A stretch of DNA of 64,000 nucleotides from Aulosira sp. ZfuVER01 (GTDB lineage Bacteria; Cyanobacteriota; Cyanobacteriia; Cyanobacteriales; Nostocaceae): NCBI GenBank assembly GCA_034530615.2, contig JAVRCV020000049.1, positions 96,001 to 160,000 of the forward strand, in the 5' to 3' direction. Under the pieces are notes generated by a model. That model worked only from the letters and a program-made list of their open reading frames with translations, searched no databases and had not been told where the DNA came from. The position numbers and the translations under genes were made by a program. Position 1 is the stretch's first letter, and every line of letters begins with the position of its first letter. Shown here piece by piece: positions 46,341 to 56,811 of the stretch.

Positions 46341-48959
46341 ATGCAACCCACTAACCCAAACCAATTTACAGAAAAAGCCTGGGAAGCGATCGCCCATACC
46401 CCGGATATTGTTAAACAATATCAACAACAACAGATAGAAAGCGAACACCTGATGAAAGCCCTGCTAGAACAAGAAGGTCTAGCCAGCGGGATTTTGACAA
46501 AAGCGGGTGTGAATTTGCAAAAAGTCCGCGATCGCGCCGAACAATTTATTCAGCGTCAGCCTAAAGTATCTGGTAGCAGCACTTCTGTTTACTTAGGACG
46601 CAGCTTAGATACGCTTTTAGACCGGGCGGACGCTTATCGTAAGGAATTTAAAGACGAATATATTTCAATTGAGCATTTATTGCTCGCTTATGCCAAAGAT
46701 GACCGCTTTGGTAAAGCTTTATTCCAAGAATTTGGTTTAGACGAAAGCAAACTAAAAAATATTATTAAACAAATTCGGGGGAACCAGACAGTGACCGACC
46801 AAAATCCAGAAGGTAAATACCAATCGCTGGAAAAATATGGGCGTGATCTCACAGAAGCCGCCCGTAAAGGTCAACTCGATCCGGTGATTGGCCGTGATGA
46901 TGAAATTCGCCGCACCATCCAAATCCTCTCTCGCCGTACCAAGAATAACCCCGTACTCATTGGTGAACCTGGTGTTGGTAAAACTGCGATCGCGGAAGGA
47001 CTAGCACAGCGAATTGTCGCTGGTGATGTCCCCCAATCTCTGAAAGACCGCAAGCTAATCGCCTTGGATATGGGTGCTTTGATTGCTGGCGCGAAATTCC
47101 GGGGTGAATTTGAAGAACGCCTGAAAGCAGTATTAAAAGAAGTAACCGAATCCGGCGGCAATATTGTTCTATTTATTGATGAAATTCATACCGTTGTCGG
47201 TGCTGGTGCAACCCAAGGCGCAATGGACGCGGGTAATTTATTAAAACCCATGTTAGCCAGAGGCGAGTTGCGGTGTATTGGGGCGACAACATTGGATGAA
47301 TACCGTAAATATATAGAGAAAGATGCAGCTTTAGAAAGACGCTTCCAACAAGTTTATGTAGATCAGCCCAGCGTGGTAGATACAATCTCCATCTTACGGG
47401 GGTTGAAAGAACGGTATGAAGTTCACCACGGGGTGAGGATTTCTGATAGTGCTTTAGTCGCCGCAGCCACATTATCCAGTCGTTATATTAGCGATCGCTT
47501 TTTACCAGATAAAGCCATCGACTTAGTAGACGAAGCCGCCGCTAGGCTGAAAATGGAGATTACCTCCAAACCAGAAGAACTTGACGAAATCGATCGCAAG
47601 ATTCTGCAACTGGAAATGGAGAAGCTGTCTTTGCAAAAAGAAAGCGACTTAGGTTCCCGTGAACGCTTAGAAAGACTGGAAAAAGAACTGGCAGATCTCA
47701 AAGAAGAACAAAGAACCCTGAACGCCCAATGGCAATCGGAAAAAGATGTCATCACCAAAATTCAGGCTGTCAAAGAAGAAATTGACCGAGTTAACCTAGA
47801 AATTCAGCAAGCAGAACGGAATTACGACCTCAACCGGGCTGCAGAGTTGAAATACGGCAAATTAACCGATTTACATCGTAAGTTGGAAGCCGCCGAAAGT
47901 GAACTGACACGCGCCCAAGGTACAGGAAAATCACTGCTACGGGAGGAAGTCACCGAAGCCGACATTGCGGAAATCATTTCTAAGTGGACAGGAATTCCCA
48001 TCAGTAAGTTAGTGGAATCGGAAAAAGAAAAACTACTGCACCTAGAAGACGAACTGCACCGCCGCGTCATTGGCCAAGATGAAGCCGTCACCGCCGTAGC
48101 CGATGCCATTCAGCGATCGCGTGCTGGATTAGCCGATCCCAACCGTCCAATTGCTAGCTTTATTTTCCTCGGTCCCACAGGTGTGGGTAAAACCGAGTTG
48201 GCAAAAGCCCTAGCAGCATATATGTTCGACACTGAAGAAGCATTAGTGCGAATTGATATGTCTGAGTACATGGAGAAACACACTGTTTCGCGCTTAATTG
48301 GTGCGCCTCCGGGATATGTTGGCTACGAAGAAGGCGGACAACTCACAGAAGCAATTCGCCGTCGTCCTTATGCAGTGATTCTCTTTGACGAAATTGAGAA
48401 AGCACACCCAGATGTGTTTAATATCTTCCTGCAAATTCTTGATGATGGTCGCGTCACCGATGCCCAAGGTCATACGGTAGATTTCAAAAATGCGATTATT
48501 ATCATGACCAGCAACATTGGTTCCCAATACATTCTCGATGTCGCTGGAGACGATCTGCGCTATGACGAAATGCGCCATCGGGTATTGGAAGCGATGCGCA
48601 ATAGCTTCCGTCCCGAATTCCTCAATCGGGTTGACGAATTTATTATCTTCCACAGCTTGCAGAAGCGAGAATTGCGGCAAATTGTACTTTTACAAGCAGA
48701 TAGACTGCGCCAAAGACTTAGCGATCGCAAGATGTCCCTCAGATTGTCGGATGCTGCCCTTGACTTTCTAGCCGAAGTTGGATACGATCCCGTGTTTGGA
48801 GCGCGTCCTCTGAAGCGAGCGATTCAACGAGAATTAGAAACTCAGATTGCTAAAGCTATCTTGCGCGGCGAATTTCATGACGGCGACTGTATCTTTGTAG
48901 ATGTGCAAAATGAACGCCTTTTCTTCAGCCGTTTGCCTGTTGAGGTGTTTACTAGCTAA
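46341..48959 (+). CDS. clpB: ATP-dependent disaggregase ClpB
   Basis: Two AAA modules ([16 protein letters not shown]), coiled-coil M domain, GARPLKR. Confidence 0.97.
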   Translation: MQPTNPNQFTEKAWEAIAHTPDIVKQYQQQQIESEHLMKALLEQEGLASGILTKAGVNLQKVRDRAEQFIQRQPKVSGSSTSVYLGRSLDTLLDRADAYRKEFKDEYISIEHLLLAYAKDDRFGKALFQEFGLDESKLKNIIKQIRGNQTVTDQNPEGKYQSLEKYGRDLTEAARKGQLDPVIGRDDEIRRTIQILSRRTKNNPVLIGEPGVGKTAIAEGLAQRIVAGDVPQSLKDRKLIALDMGALIAGAKFRGEFEERLKAVLKEVTESGGNIVLFIDEIHTVVGAGATQGAMDAGNLLKPMLARGELRCIGATTLDEYRKYIEKDAALERRFQQVYVDQPSVVDTISILRGLKERYEVHHGVRISDSALVAAATLSSRYISDRFLPDKAIDLVDEAAARLKMEITSKPEELDEIDRKILQLEMEKLSLQKESDLGSRERLERLEKELADLKEEQRTLNAQWQSEKDVITKIQAVKEEIDRVNLEIQQAERNYDLNRAAELKYGKLTDLHRKLEAAESELTRAQGTGKSLLREEVTEADIAEIISKWTGIPISKLVESEKEKLLHLEDELHRRVIGQDEAVTAVADAIQRSRAGLADPNRPIASFIFLGPTGVGKTELAKALAAYMFDTEEALVRIDMSEYMEKHTVSRLIGAPPGYVGYEEGGQLTEAIRRRPYAVILFDEIEKAHPDVFNIFLQILDDGRVTDAQGHTVDFKNAIIIMTSNIGSQYILDVAGDDLRYDEMRHRVLEAMRNSFRPEFLNRVDEFIIFHSLQKRELRQIVLLQADRLRQRLSDRKMSLRLSDAALDFLAEVGYDPVFGARPLKRAIQRELETQIAKAILRGEFHDGDCIFVDVQNERLFFSRLPVEVFTS

Positions 48960-48983
48960 TCTGGTTATCTATAACCTTAATAC

Positions 48984-49020
48984 AAAGATGCCAAGAGACT
49001 ACAAAGTTCTTGGCATTTTT
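48984..49020 (+). terminator. Intrinsic terminator after clpB
   Basis: atgccaaga-loop-tcttggcat followed by tttt. Confidence 0.7.
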
Positions 49021-49033
49021 GTACGTAACCACT

Positions 49034-49125
49034 TATACCAATTTCCCAAAAACCTGATACATAGAGATTTTTCGTAGAGGTTTAAGCAATGCTAAACTCC
49101 TACCCGGATATTTGTATCATTATTA
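49034..49125. repeat. REP-like palindromic element
   Basis: ataccaatttcccaaaaacctgatac...gtagaggtttaagcaatgctaaactcctac...gtatc; the left arm matches the reverse complement of 11162-11206. Confidence 0.6.
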
Positions 49126-49483
49126 ACCTGTAAATTTATTACGAGTAGTGATCGCTATTCAGTTGTTCTTGCAATATCTATATTTTGATACTACTTAATT
49201 ATTACCGAGGTATGAACTTAATAGAATTATCTTTTTTGTCAAGAATATTCTACCGTAGTAGATAAAAATAAATTACAATATATTCTTTATAATCATCCTT
49301 TTAATAGTTGACTATTTATCTATATTTATGCATTTCAAATTCAAGCCACCATAGCTTTTACAGAATTTTCTTATAAAACGAACCAAGCTTATTCAAAGCT
49401 AAAATATGCAACCCGGAATTAGATTTGTTTGTTATGTAGTTGTGAGTAGATTAAATAATTTTCATCAGAGGAGCAGATATTTT

Positions 49484-49738
49484 ATGTCGCTACAACAGGT
49501 TACAGCTTTTTATGAACTTCTCACATCAGAGCCAGCAATTTACGATCAATATTGTAAAAAGTGCTGTACTCAAGGATTTTTTGGCAGTTACCATTGGGAT
49601 AAAACAAAAATTGTAAGATTTGCTGCTACGCATGGCTATAACTTCAATGAAACTGAGCTAGATCTAGTATGGTTTGAGGGCGAATCCAGTTTTACAGAAA
49701 ATTATCTGAATCTAGCAAAATCTGGGAATTTTTCTTGA
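49484..49738 (+). CDS. Nif11-like leader domain protein (84 aa)
   Basis: RBS gaggag at 49468; MSLQQVTAFYE...IVRFAATHGYNFNETEL matches the Nif11 pattern. Confidence 0.7.
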   Translation: MSLQQVTAFYELLTSEPAIYDQYCKKCCTQGFFGSYHWDKTKIVRFAATHGYNFNETELDLVWFEGESSFTENYLNLAKSGNFS

Positions 49739-49932
49739 GAATCAGAAATATACATAGAACAAATTTTACTCTTACTCAAGAAGGCATTTCGTTCTTCTAT
49801 TCTCAGCACAGATAACTTTTGCAAGCATTATGAAAAGCTGAATAATAATCTCTAATGAATATCGCTTAATCTAGCTCTCACAGGAGGGCTTAGTTTGTAT
49901 AGCGATACCCTAAAAGGGTATCGCTACAAAAT

Positions 49933-49961
49933 AAAGACGCTTTCCGATTAGAAAGCGTCTT
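49933..49961. terminator. Terminator-like hairpin between convergent genes
   Basis: aagacgctttc-cgatta-gaaagcgtctt; a second hairpin tagcgataccc-taaaa-gggtatcgcta lies just upstream. Confidence 0.65.
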
Positions 49962-49975
49962 GGTTAGAAATTAAA

Positions 49976-50551
49976 CTAAAATGACGAACCGGGCTGCTTT
50001 AAGAATTCTATTTCCTCAGTAGTGCAAGGGCGTCCCAAAATATTATTCCGATGAGGAAAACGCCCAAAACGCTCAATTATTTCCATGTGTTTAAAAGCAG
50101 ACTTAATTGCGCTAGCACTTTCTATATCGTGACTAATTTGCTGAAATAGCTTCACGCAGCGACGCTGATCTTCTAGGTTTTCGCTATGTTCAAAGGGCAA
50201 ATATATAAACCAGCGTTGCACAGGCAAAAATTCACGGTCATATCCTCTGGCTACGGCTTGCTGCGCTGCTGAAAGTGCTTCCCAGTCAGTCGCAAAGGCT
50301 TCGGGAGTCCCACGAAACATATTTCGCGGAAATTGATCGAGAAGCAGAATCAGTGCTAAACAGGTTTCTGGCCAATCTACCCAATCGTCCAAAAATCCTG
50401 CTGCTGCCTTTTGGTAATCTTCCAGAAAGCGATCTGTCAATTCCCGATCAAAATCTGGTGTTTTGTTAAACCAAAAATTCTGAGGTTTGCCGTAACTCGG
50501 TTCATCAGGATGACCAAACCAGAATTCCAAAATCGCTTTTGCCTGTGACAT
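49976..50551 (-). CDS. DUF924 family protein
   Basis: ILEFWF, LLDQFPRNMFR, YLPFEHSE, RFGRFPHRN. Confidence 0.92.
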   Translation of the reverse strand: MSQAKAILEFWFGHPDEPSYGKPQNFWFNKTPDFDRELTDRFLEDYQKAAAGFLDDWVDWPETCLALILLLDQFPRNMFRGTPEAFATDWEALSAAQQAVARGYDREFLPVQRWFIYLPFEHSENLEDQRRCVKLFQQISHDIESASAIKSAFKHMEIIERFGRFPHRNNILGRPCTTEEIEFLKQPGSSF

Positions 50552-50556
50552 TGCTG

Positions 50557-51114
50557 TTATTGACCCTTACAAAGCACTTGCCGCATTTTACGCATATTCG
50601 CAGGCAATTCAAAGTTCATTGCTTGTTGAATAATAATAGAAGGAATCAAAAGATTGGGTGTAGCTCGCACATTATAAGCAAGTATTGTGCCATTACCGCA
50701 GTCTTTTAGCTCTAAATTGGCTTTAAAGTCCTCAAAAGTCCCTTTTTCCATCTTAAATTGAATTTGCTGCCCCAACACTTCCACCACATTCAAGTAAATT
50801 TCTACTTGAGCTGTGAAAAATAAAAAAGCTTTTTGTGCTGCTTGATACAGACGTTTAACCTCGCCTTTAGACAACACCTCACTTTTAGTAATGTCAGGAA
50901 AATAATGTACCCAACGGGGGTAGTCAGTTAACTGTTGCCATACTTGCGATCGCACTAGTGGCACATACATCCAAGCAGTGACAGCACCACCCCAGGCTGT
51001 GTGTGATTCTGTTTTGACAAAGATTTCACCCTGCATGAGCAATTTTTGCTCGTTTTGGCTCAAAGGCATATCCGAACCTTTAATAATTGAGTCTGAGATA
51101 TAAGACGCAGACAT
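50557..51114 (-). CDS. SRPBCC / polyketide cyclase-dehydrase family protein
   Basis: VWQQLTDYPRWVHYFPDI and START-like C-terminal helix. Confidence 0.75.
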   Translation of the reverse strand: MSASYISDSIIKGSDMPLSQNEQKLLMQGEIFVKTESHTAWGGAVTAWMYVPLVRSQVWQQLTDYPRWVHYFPDITKSEVLSKGEVKRLYQAAQKAFLFFTAQVEIYLNVVEVLGQQIQFKMEKGTFEDFKANLELKDCGNGTILAYNVRATPNLLIPSIIIQQAMNFELPANMRKMRQVLCKGQ

Positions 51115-51435
51115 ATTGATTTCAGTTGCTCCTCAAATCAACCACCTTACATGGTTTAAACTCCGAACCATCTGACTGGATCGAGTCCAACCGCTTCAAT
51201 TCTAGTTCCACTCGATCAGATCAAATTTCCGGAAATAGTAATTTCTCGGTAAATATTTAGTGAATATACTTAAAAATATGGACTTATTATGAAAGAAATT
51301 TAAAGAAAAGATTGAGCTAATGTTAGCTGAATCACAATTGGGCTGAAAAACCGAATTTCTAAAAGATAGAATGGCACAAACATCATCAAATATGCAAGTT
51401 GCATTCAGTAAATATTTAGGTCAGAGGCGAAATCA

Positions 51436-51630
51436 GTGAGTCAGTCTTCTTTAAATCGTAGATTAACCCAAATTTTCGGTATCTTACTGGGTATAGGAAT
51501 AGCTGTGTGGCTACTGAGAGGATTCGGTCTTCTCAGTTTTATTCCTGGCGGCATTATTTGGCTATTATTACTAGGAGCGATCGCTGTCGGGATTCTCAGT
51601 TACGTACAAAAGACCTGGTGGCGTTTTTAG
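51436..51630 (+). CDS. Small two-TM membrane protein
   Basis: RBS gagg, two hydrophobic segments around LRGFGLLSFIPGG. Confidence 0.65.
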   Translation: MSQSSLNRRLTQIFGILLGIGIAVWLLRGFGLLSFIPGGIIWLLLLGAIAVGILSYVQKTWWRF

Positions 51631-51644
51631 CGGGGAGCAGGAAG

Positions 51645-51731
51645 CAAGGGGACAAGGGAGACAAGGAAGACAAGGGAGATGAGGGAGATGAGGAAGAAAT
51701 GCCCAATGCCCCATGCCCCATGCCCCATGCC
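51645..51731. repeat. STRR runs (9-mer gacaaggga/gatgaggga and 7-mer atgcccc)
   Basis: Directly visible tandem repeats. Confidence 0.8.
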
Positions 51732-51781
51732 ACCACTATATATAGTCAAGCAAAATCAGCAATTCTCTGGGGGAAAGCACA

Positions 51782-51946
51782 ATGGCAAAGTATATATGTA
51801 CTATATGTGGCTATGAATACGATCCAGAAGTAGGCGATCCTGATGGTGGGATAGAACCAGGAACAGCCTTTGAAGATATCCCAGAGGATTGGGTATGTCC
51901 ATCTTGTGGGGCAACAAAAGACGAATTTGAATTAGTAGAAGAGTAA
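51782..51946 (+). CDS. Rubredoxin (54 aa, absent from the ORF track)
   Basis: [54 protein letters not shown] with two CxxC motifs. Confidence 0.95.
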   Translation: MAKYICTICGYEYDPEVGDPDGGIEPGTAFEDIPEDWVCPSCGATKDEFELVEE

Positions 51947-51995
51947 AGTTAACAGCTAGTCTAGTAAAGTAGGTTCTATTGAGATAGTTCTGAAC

Positions 51996-53234
51996 TTGTT
52001 GCCATTGAAAATTGTTGTGATTGGAGGAGGGGCTGCGGGATTTTTTGGTGCGATCGCTTGTGCTGATGCCAACCCTCATGCCCAAGTTACTTTACTCGAA
52101 GCCAGCCGTCAACCATTAGCGAAAGTTCGCATTTCTGGTGGAGGACGCTGTAATGTCACTCATGCTTGCTTTGAAGCAGAGAGGTTGGTGCAAAATTACC
52201 CTAGAGGTGGCAAAGCCTTATTGGGTGCTTTCACTCGCTTTCAAGCTCAAGATACAGTCGCTTGGTTTGCAGCTCGCGGAGTCCAGCTCAAAACTGAAGC
52301 CGATGGCAGAATGTTTCCCATCACCGATAGTTCAGAAACCATAGTTGACTGTCTGATGAACGCAGCCAAAGCCGCCGGGGTAGAACTTCGTGTTGGTACA
52401 TCCGTAGTAGCAGTAAAACAACAAACCGAGACCACAGGATTTGAGATTGTCCTGAAGTCCGGAGAGATAATAAAGTGCGATCGCTTGTTGCTGGCAACAG
52501 GAAGTAGTCTTGCTGGTTATAAAATCGCCCAAGAGTTAGGTCATCAAATTGAACCACCTGTACCCTCTTTATTTACCTTCAATATTCCCGATCCACAATT
52601 GAGAGCATTGGCTGGGATTAGTGTGAACCCTGTAAAGTTGCGTTTGTCTATTAGTAACAAACCCCTACTAGAACAAACCGGGCCATTGTTAATTACTCAT
52701 TGGGGTTTAAGCGGTCCATCTGTCCTGAAACTTTCCGCTTGGGGGGCCAGAGTTTTACATCAAAGCCGCTATCAGTCTAAATTATTGATTAATTGGCTAC
52801 CCGATTTGCAACAAGAAGAAGTACGGCAAAAAATTTTAGCTGTCAAGACTGAATGGGGAAGGCGGCCAATTGCACTTCATCGCGGAGTTGACTTACCCCA
52901 CCGCCTGTGGCAATACATTCTCACCCGTGTGGGCATAACTACAGAAGAGCGTTGGGCTGGGCTGTCTAACAAAACCTTAAATAGATTGATCGGAGAACTA
53001 ACTCAGGGAGAATACTCAATTGTTGGTAAAGGTGTCTTCAAAGAAGAATTTGTCACCTGCGGAGGTGTGAATCTTAAAGAAATCAACTTCAAAACGATGG
53101 AAAGTAAGTTAGTCTCAGGTTTGTACTTTGCTGGAGAAGTCCTGGATATTGATGGCGTTACTGGCGGCTTTAACTTCCAGAGTGCTTGGACTACTGCCCA
53201 CATAGCTGGTAATGCTATGGGAATTGGCAATTAA
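51996..53234 (+). CDS. HI0933/YhiN family NAD(P)/FAD-dependent oxidoreductase
   Basis: IGGGAAG, SGGGRCNVT, GRMFP, THWGLSGP, VTCGGV, GGFNFQSAW. Confidence 0.9.
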   Translation: MLPLKIVVIGGGAAGFFGAIACADANPHAQVTLLEASRQPLAKVRISGGGRCNVTHACFEAERLVQNYPRGGKALLGAFTRFQAQDTVAWFAARGVQLKTEADGRMFPITDSSETIVDCLMNAAKAAGVELRVGTSVVAVKQQTETTGFEIVLKSGEIIKCDRLLLATGSSLAGYKIAQELGHQIEPPVPSLFTFNIPDPQLRALAGISVNPVKLRLSISNKPLLEQTGPLLITHWGLSGPSVLKLSAWGARVLHQSRYQSKLLINWLPDLQQEEVRQKILAVKTEWGRRPIALHRGVDLPHRLWQYILTRVGITTEERWAGLSNKTLNRLIGELTQGEYSIVGKGVFKEEFVTCGGVNLKEINFKTMESKLVSGLYFAGEVLDIDGVTGGFNFQSAWTTAHIAGNAMGIGN

Positions 53235-54069
53235 GTAATACTTGCATATTCTACCAACACACTTGCGCGATCGCCCCAGCATCAATATGCAACTCAGAAT
53301 TGTCTTCATATTATCAACACAAACCAAATTGGGTAGGACAGAAAAATTAAATACTCCGTAAAGATGTCATGAATTATGTAGCTCTGGGGGCAAGAAATGT
53401 TAAGTTCTAACTAGCCAAAGCTATTTTATGCAAAATCAAAAGTTGAGTTAGATGAGACAAGTAGCCCTAAAACCTTTGAAGTATCTACCGCCTAAAGTTC
53501 ATCCCTCTCTTGAGATAGATTCATTAATTCTTATTTGTTGAGACAATCTCTTAGTTACTAATCACGTTCTGGGAAGCAAGCTTACTAAGACATATCGAAG
53601 TAGTTGTTCGGAGGCTATTGTGTTGAATTTACATTGAATCATCCGAATTGATTTGAACTCTTACCATACAGGTATAGCCTTAGGTAATACCTTAAAACTG
53701 CTACAGATGGAACCAAAGGGCAGATTGGTCAAACAGTGTAGTTTCTATACTACATACACTGTCCAGCCTAAGAGCAAAATTAAGAGGAAACACTTCATTA
53801 CTTACGTAGGTCTTGCCATTACTTGAAGTTTGAATTAAAAACTAATAGACAGTAGTACAAAAAACTCTTTAGCTGTAAAGCCTCGCAAAGTTAAAGAGAC
53901 ATAAAATTGTGTGCAGATATAACCTATCGATGTGTATGTGCATAGTACTGCTGGAGATAAAGTCTATTTCAGTGCTAGTCCAGGGCATAAAGTTTTTAAT
54001 CAACCTATCCGAATGTGCAATTAGGTCAACCGAAGATTATTGATGAATTAAATAATCACAGTAAAGTTT

Positions 54070-55509
54070 ATGACAATTAAAATTGTAACGAATACCCAAA
54101 TAAGAGATGTCCCTCTAGATTTACGAGCATCTGAATCTGTAAGAGTCAGAAAGGGTTTATGGTGGCTACGATTAACAACACTGGTTTCAATAGACTGTGC
54201 TGTTCTCTTCGCGGCTTGGATCTTAGGTAAATATCATACTCATGCTGTAGATTTTTCTTGGCAAACACCAAGTAGTTTTTCCCCAATATTGATGACCATT
54301 GCTATTCAAGTAGCAGCACTAGCGCTCCAAGGTAATTATCAGCCTGGTAAAAAGCGTTATGACTATTTCAACATTGTCAAAACACTTACTTTTGCCCACG
54401 GTTTAATATTAATTGCTGGTCTTTTATATCAACATCCTCTAGATATAACACGCTCAACATTAATATGGTCTTGGTTGCTCAGTACATTATTTGTTTGTAC
54501 TGGAAGAGCAGCAGCAGACATGACTCTTGAATATCTTCGCCACCGGAAAATTTTAGGGCAGTCTGCTGTTTTTATTATTTGCGAGCCTGAAGAAACTGAA
54601 AAGATTATTAGCCTTATTAAGAAAGAGAAGCGTTACGTAATTTGCGGAACGGCAAGTGCCAGATGCCTAGATAGATATTATCGCCAAGAAACCTTAGAAA
54701 AACTCAATCAGTTAGGAGTAACAGAAGTTTTTGTTGCTTGGAGTGCCATCAAAAATAGAATGTTTACTCGGTGGTTATTTCAAACATCTGGAATCACAAT
54801 ACATTTACTATCGGTGGAAATTAAAAACATCTATAGAAATGTAGAATTTAATCAAATTGGCGGCGTACCTTGTCTAAGTTTAGATTGTCCAATTATCACT
54901 AGTAAAGATTTTTGGATCAAGAGGAGTTTAGATTTTTGCGTAGCTGCGATCGTCATACTTTTATTACTTCCTGTCTACTTAGCGATCGCTATAGCAATCA
55001 AGGTAGATTCTCCTGGTTCAGTATTTTACAAGCAAACCCGTATTGGTTTACGTGGGAAACCTTTTAAAGTTTGGAAATTCCGCACCATGAGGTCTGATGC
55101 AGAGAAGTTGCAAAGAGATTTAGAAGCATTAAACGAGACCAAAGATGGTATTATCTTCAAGATTAAAAATGACCCAAGAATTACACGTGTTGGTGCATTT
55201 CTCCGTCGATATAGCTTAGATGAATTGCCTCAGCTTTTTAACGTGCTGTGTGGAGAAATGAGTTTGGTCGGGCCTCGACCTTTACCTACTAGAGACGTAG
55301 ATAAGTTTTCCGAACATCATTTTATTCGTCATGAAGTTTTACCTGGAATTACAGGACTTTGGCAAGTTTCAGGACGATCCGACATCTTAGATTTTGAACA
55401 AGTAATCAAGCTCGACCTTAACTACATTGAAAATTGGTCACTTTGGCTAGATTTTGAAATTTTACTCAGAACAGTTAAGGTAGTTCTTAATAAAGAAGGC
55501 GCTTACTAG
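54070..55509 (+). CDS. Priming polyprenyl-phosphate sugar transferase (WcaJ/WbaP-like)
   Basis: N-terminal TMs, KRSLD, KFRTM, DPRITRVG, SLDELPQL, GPRP, PGITGLWQV. Confidence 0.93.
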   Translation: MTIKIVTNTQIRDVPLDLRASESVRVRKGLWWLRLTTLVSIDCAVLFAAWILGKYHTHAVDFSWQTPSSFSPILMTIAIQVAALALQGNYQPGKKRYDYFNIVKTLTFAHGLILIAGLLYQHPLDITRSTLIWSWLLSTLFVCTGRAAADMTLEYLRHRKILGQSAVFIICEPEETEKIISLIKKEKRYVICGTASARCLDRYYRQETLEKLNQLGVTEVFVAWSAIKNRMFTRWLFQTSGITIHLLSVEIKNIYRNVEFNQIGGVPCLSLDCPIITSKDFWIKRSLDFCVAAIVILLLLPVYLAIAIAIKVDSPGSVFYKQTRIGLRGKPFKVWKFRTMRSDAEKLQRDLEALNETKDGIIFKIKNDPRITRVGAFLRRYSLDELPQLFNVLCGEMSLVGPRPLPTRDVDKFSEHHFIRHEVLPGITGLWQVSGRSDILDFEQVIKLDLNYIENWSLWLDFEILLRTVKVVLNKEGAY

Positions 55510-55689
55510 GACTAAACACACCTGAGATATCAATAGTTAATAAACATATCTCAGCATTTTAAACTTAGCTACGCTTTACTATTTTTGTGTAAAAAATATA
55601 CTGTAAATCCAGCTATTTTAGCTGACATTTACAACAGATGGAAAATCTCAAGTGACCTGACATTATTTATTACTACAGTTCTCTTATTT

Positions 55690-56712
55690 ATGAAACCAAA
55701 AGTATCTGTGATCGTTCCTGCTTACAATACTGAAGCTTATATCGCTCGAGCCATAGAGTCAGTTTTACAGCAAACTATGAGCGATCTCGAAGTGATTGTC
55801 GTAGATGATGCTTCTACCGATAGAACTGTCGAAATAGCTAGAAGTTTTACTGACAAGCGACTTAAGGTATTAGTAAACGAACAAAATCTTGGTGCAAGTG
55901 GTGCGCGTAATCGTGCTTTGAGAGAAGCTCAAGGTGAATGGGTTGCTGTTCTTGATTCAGATGATTGGTATGCACCTGAGCGATTAGCAAAACTTGTGCA
56001 TATTGCAGACACAGAAAATGCCGACATGATTGCTGATGACTTATATCTTATACAAGATGGTCAAGATTCCCCTTGGAGCACATTAATTCGTCAAAGTGGT
56101 GAGAATATTAATCAGCTAAAAATAATTGACCCTGTATATTTTGCCAAAACAGATTTGTATGGCAAACCTGGGTTACATCTGGGAATATCAAAGCCTTTAT
56201 TCAAACGCGATTTTCTCATTAAAAATGGTATTAAGTATGACAGAAATTTAACCGTAGTTCAAGACTTTTGGTTAGATATGTATTGTCTAATCAACGGAGC
56301 AAAGTTTGTACTTGTACCAGAGCCATATTATTTTTATCGTTCCCGCCAAGGTTCTCTAACTTTATCCAACAATCCATTAAATAGGCAAAGAAATTTAGAG
56401 CAATGTTGCCGTAAAATTTCAGCTTTTCTTGTAGAAGAAGATATTTTTAATGTAAATCCTGAATTAGGTCGTGCCTTATCTAAAAATCTTCGTGTTTTCC
56501 AAAGAAACTTAGCTTATTATCGCGTTGCGGGAAATATTAAGCAGAAAAAATTGTTACGTAGCTTGGTTGAAATAATTCGTAATCCCTCTTTTTTTGTAGA
56601 GGTTATTCTCCGATTACCAGGGATAGTTGGTCGCAGAATTCAATACTATCTACTTGGTAATAAATTAGCATTTAACGTCATATATGCTTCTAAAAGTAAG
56701 AGAAGTACATAA
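55690..56712 (+). CDS. Glycosyltransferase family 2
   Basis: Likely start MKPKVSVIVPAYN; VDDASTD, ARN, LDSDD. Confidence 0.9.
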   Translation: MKPKVSVIVPAYNTEAYIARAIESVLQQTMSDLEVIVVDDASTDRTVEIARSFTDKRLKVLVNEQNLGASGARNRALREAQGEWVAVLDSDDWYAPERLAKLVHIADTENADMIADDLYLIQDGQDSPWSTLIRQSGENINQLKIIDPVYFAKTDLYGKPGLHLGISKPLFKRDFLIKNGIKYDRNLTVVQDFWLDMYCLINGAKFVLVPEPYYFYRSRQGSLTLSNNPLNRQRNLEQCCRKISAFLVEEDIFNVNPELGRALSKNLRVFQRNLAYYRVAGNIKQKKLLRSLVEIIRNPSFFVEVILRLPGIVGRRIQYYLLGNKLAFNVIYASKSKRST

Positions 56713-56811
56713 AAGCTATTTCTATTGAAAAATTTAGGCCAAATGTGACAGTCTTTAGGTAAGTCAGTCGGTTGCATGAAAAATTCTATACTATCTTACA
56801 CAAGATAAATA

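Noticed and set aside
49025..49038. NtcA site GTA-N8-TAC
   Set aside because: Matches the consensus but overlaps a repeat end right after the clpB terminator, about 450 bp from the next start; likely chance.
51507..51833. 108-aa ORF with GDKGDKEDK/PMPH repeats
   Set aside because: Translation of STRR repeats; overlaps the membrane protein and rubredoxin genes.
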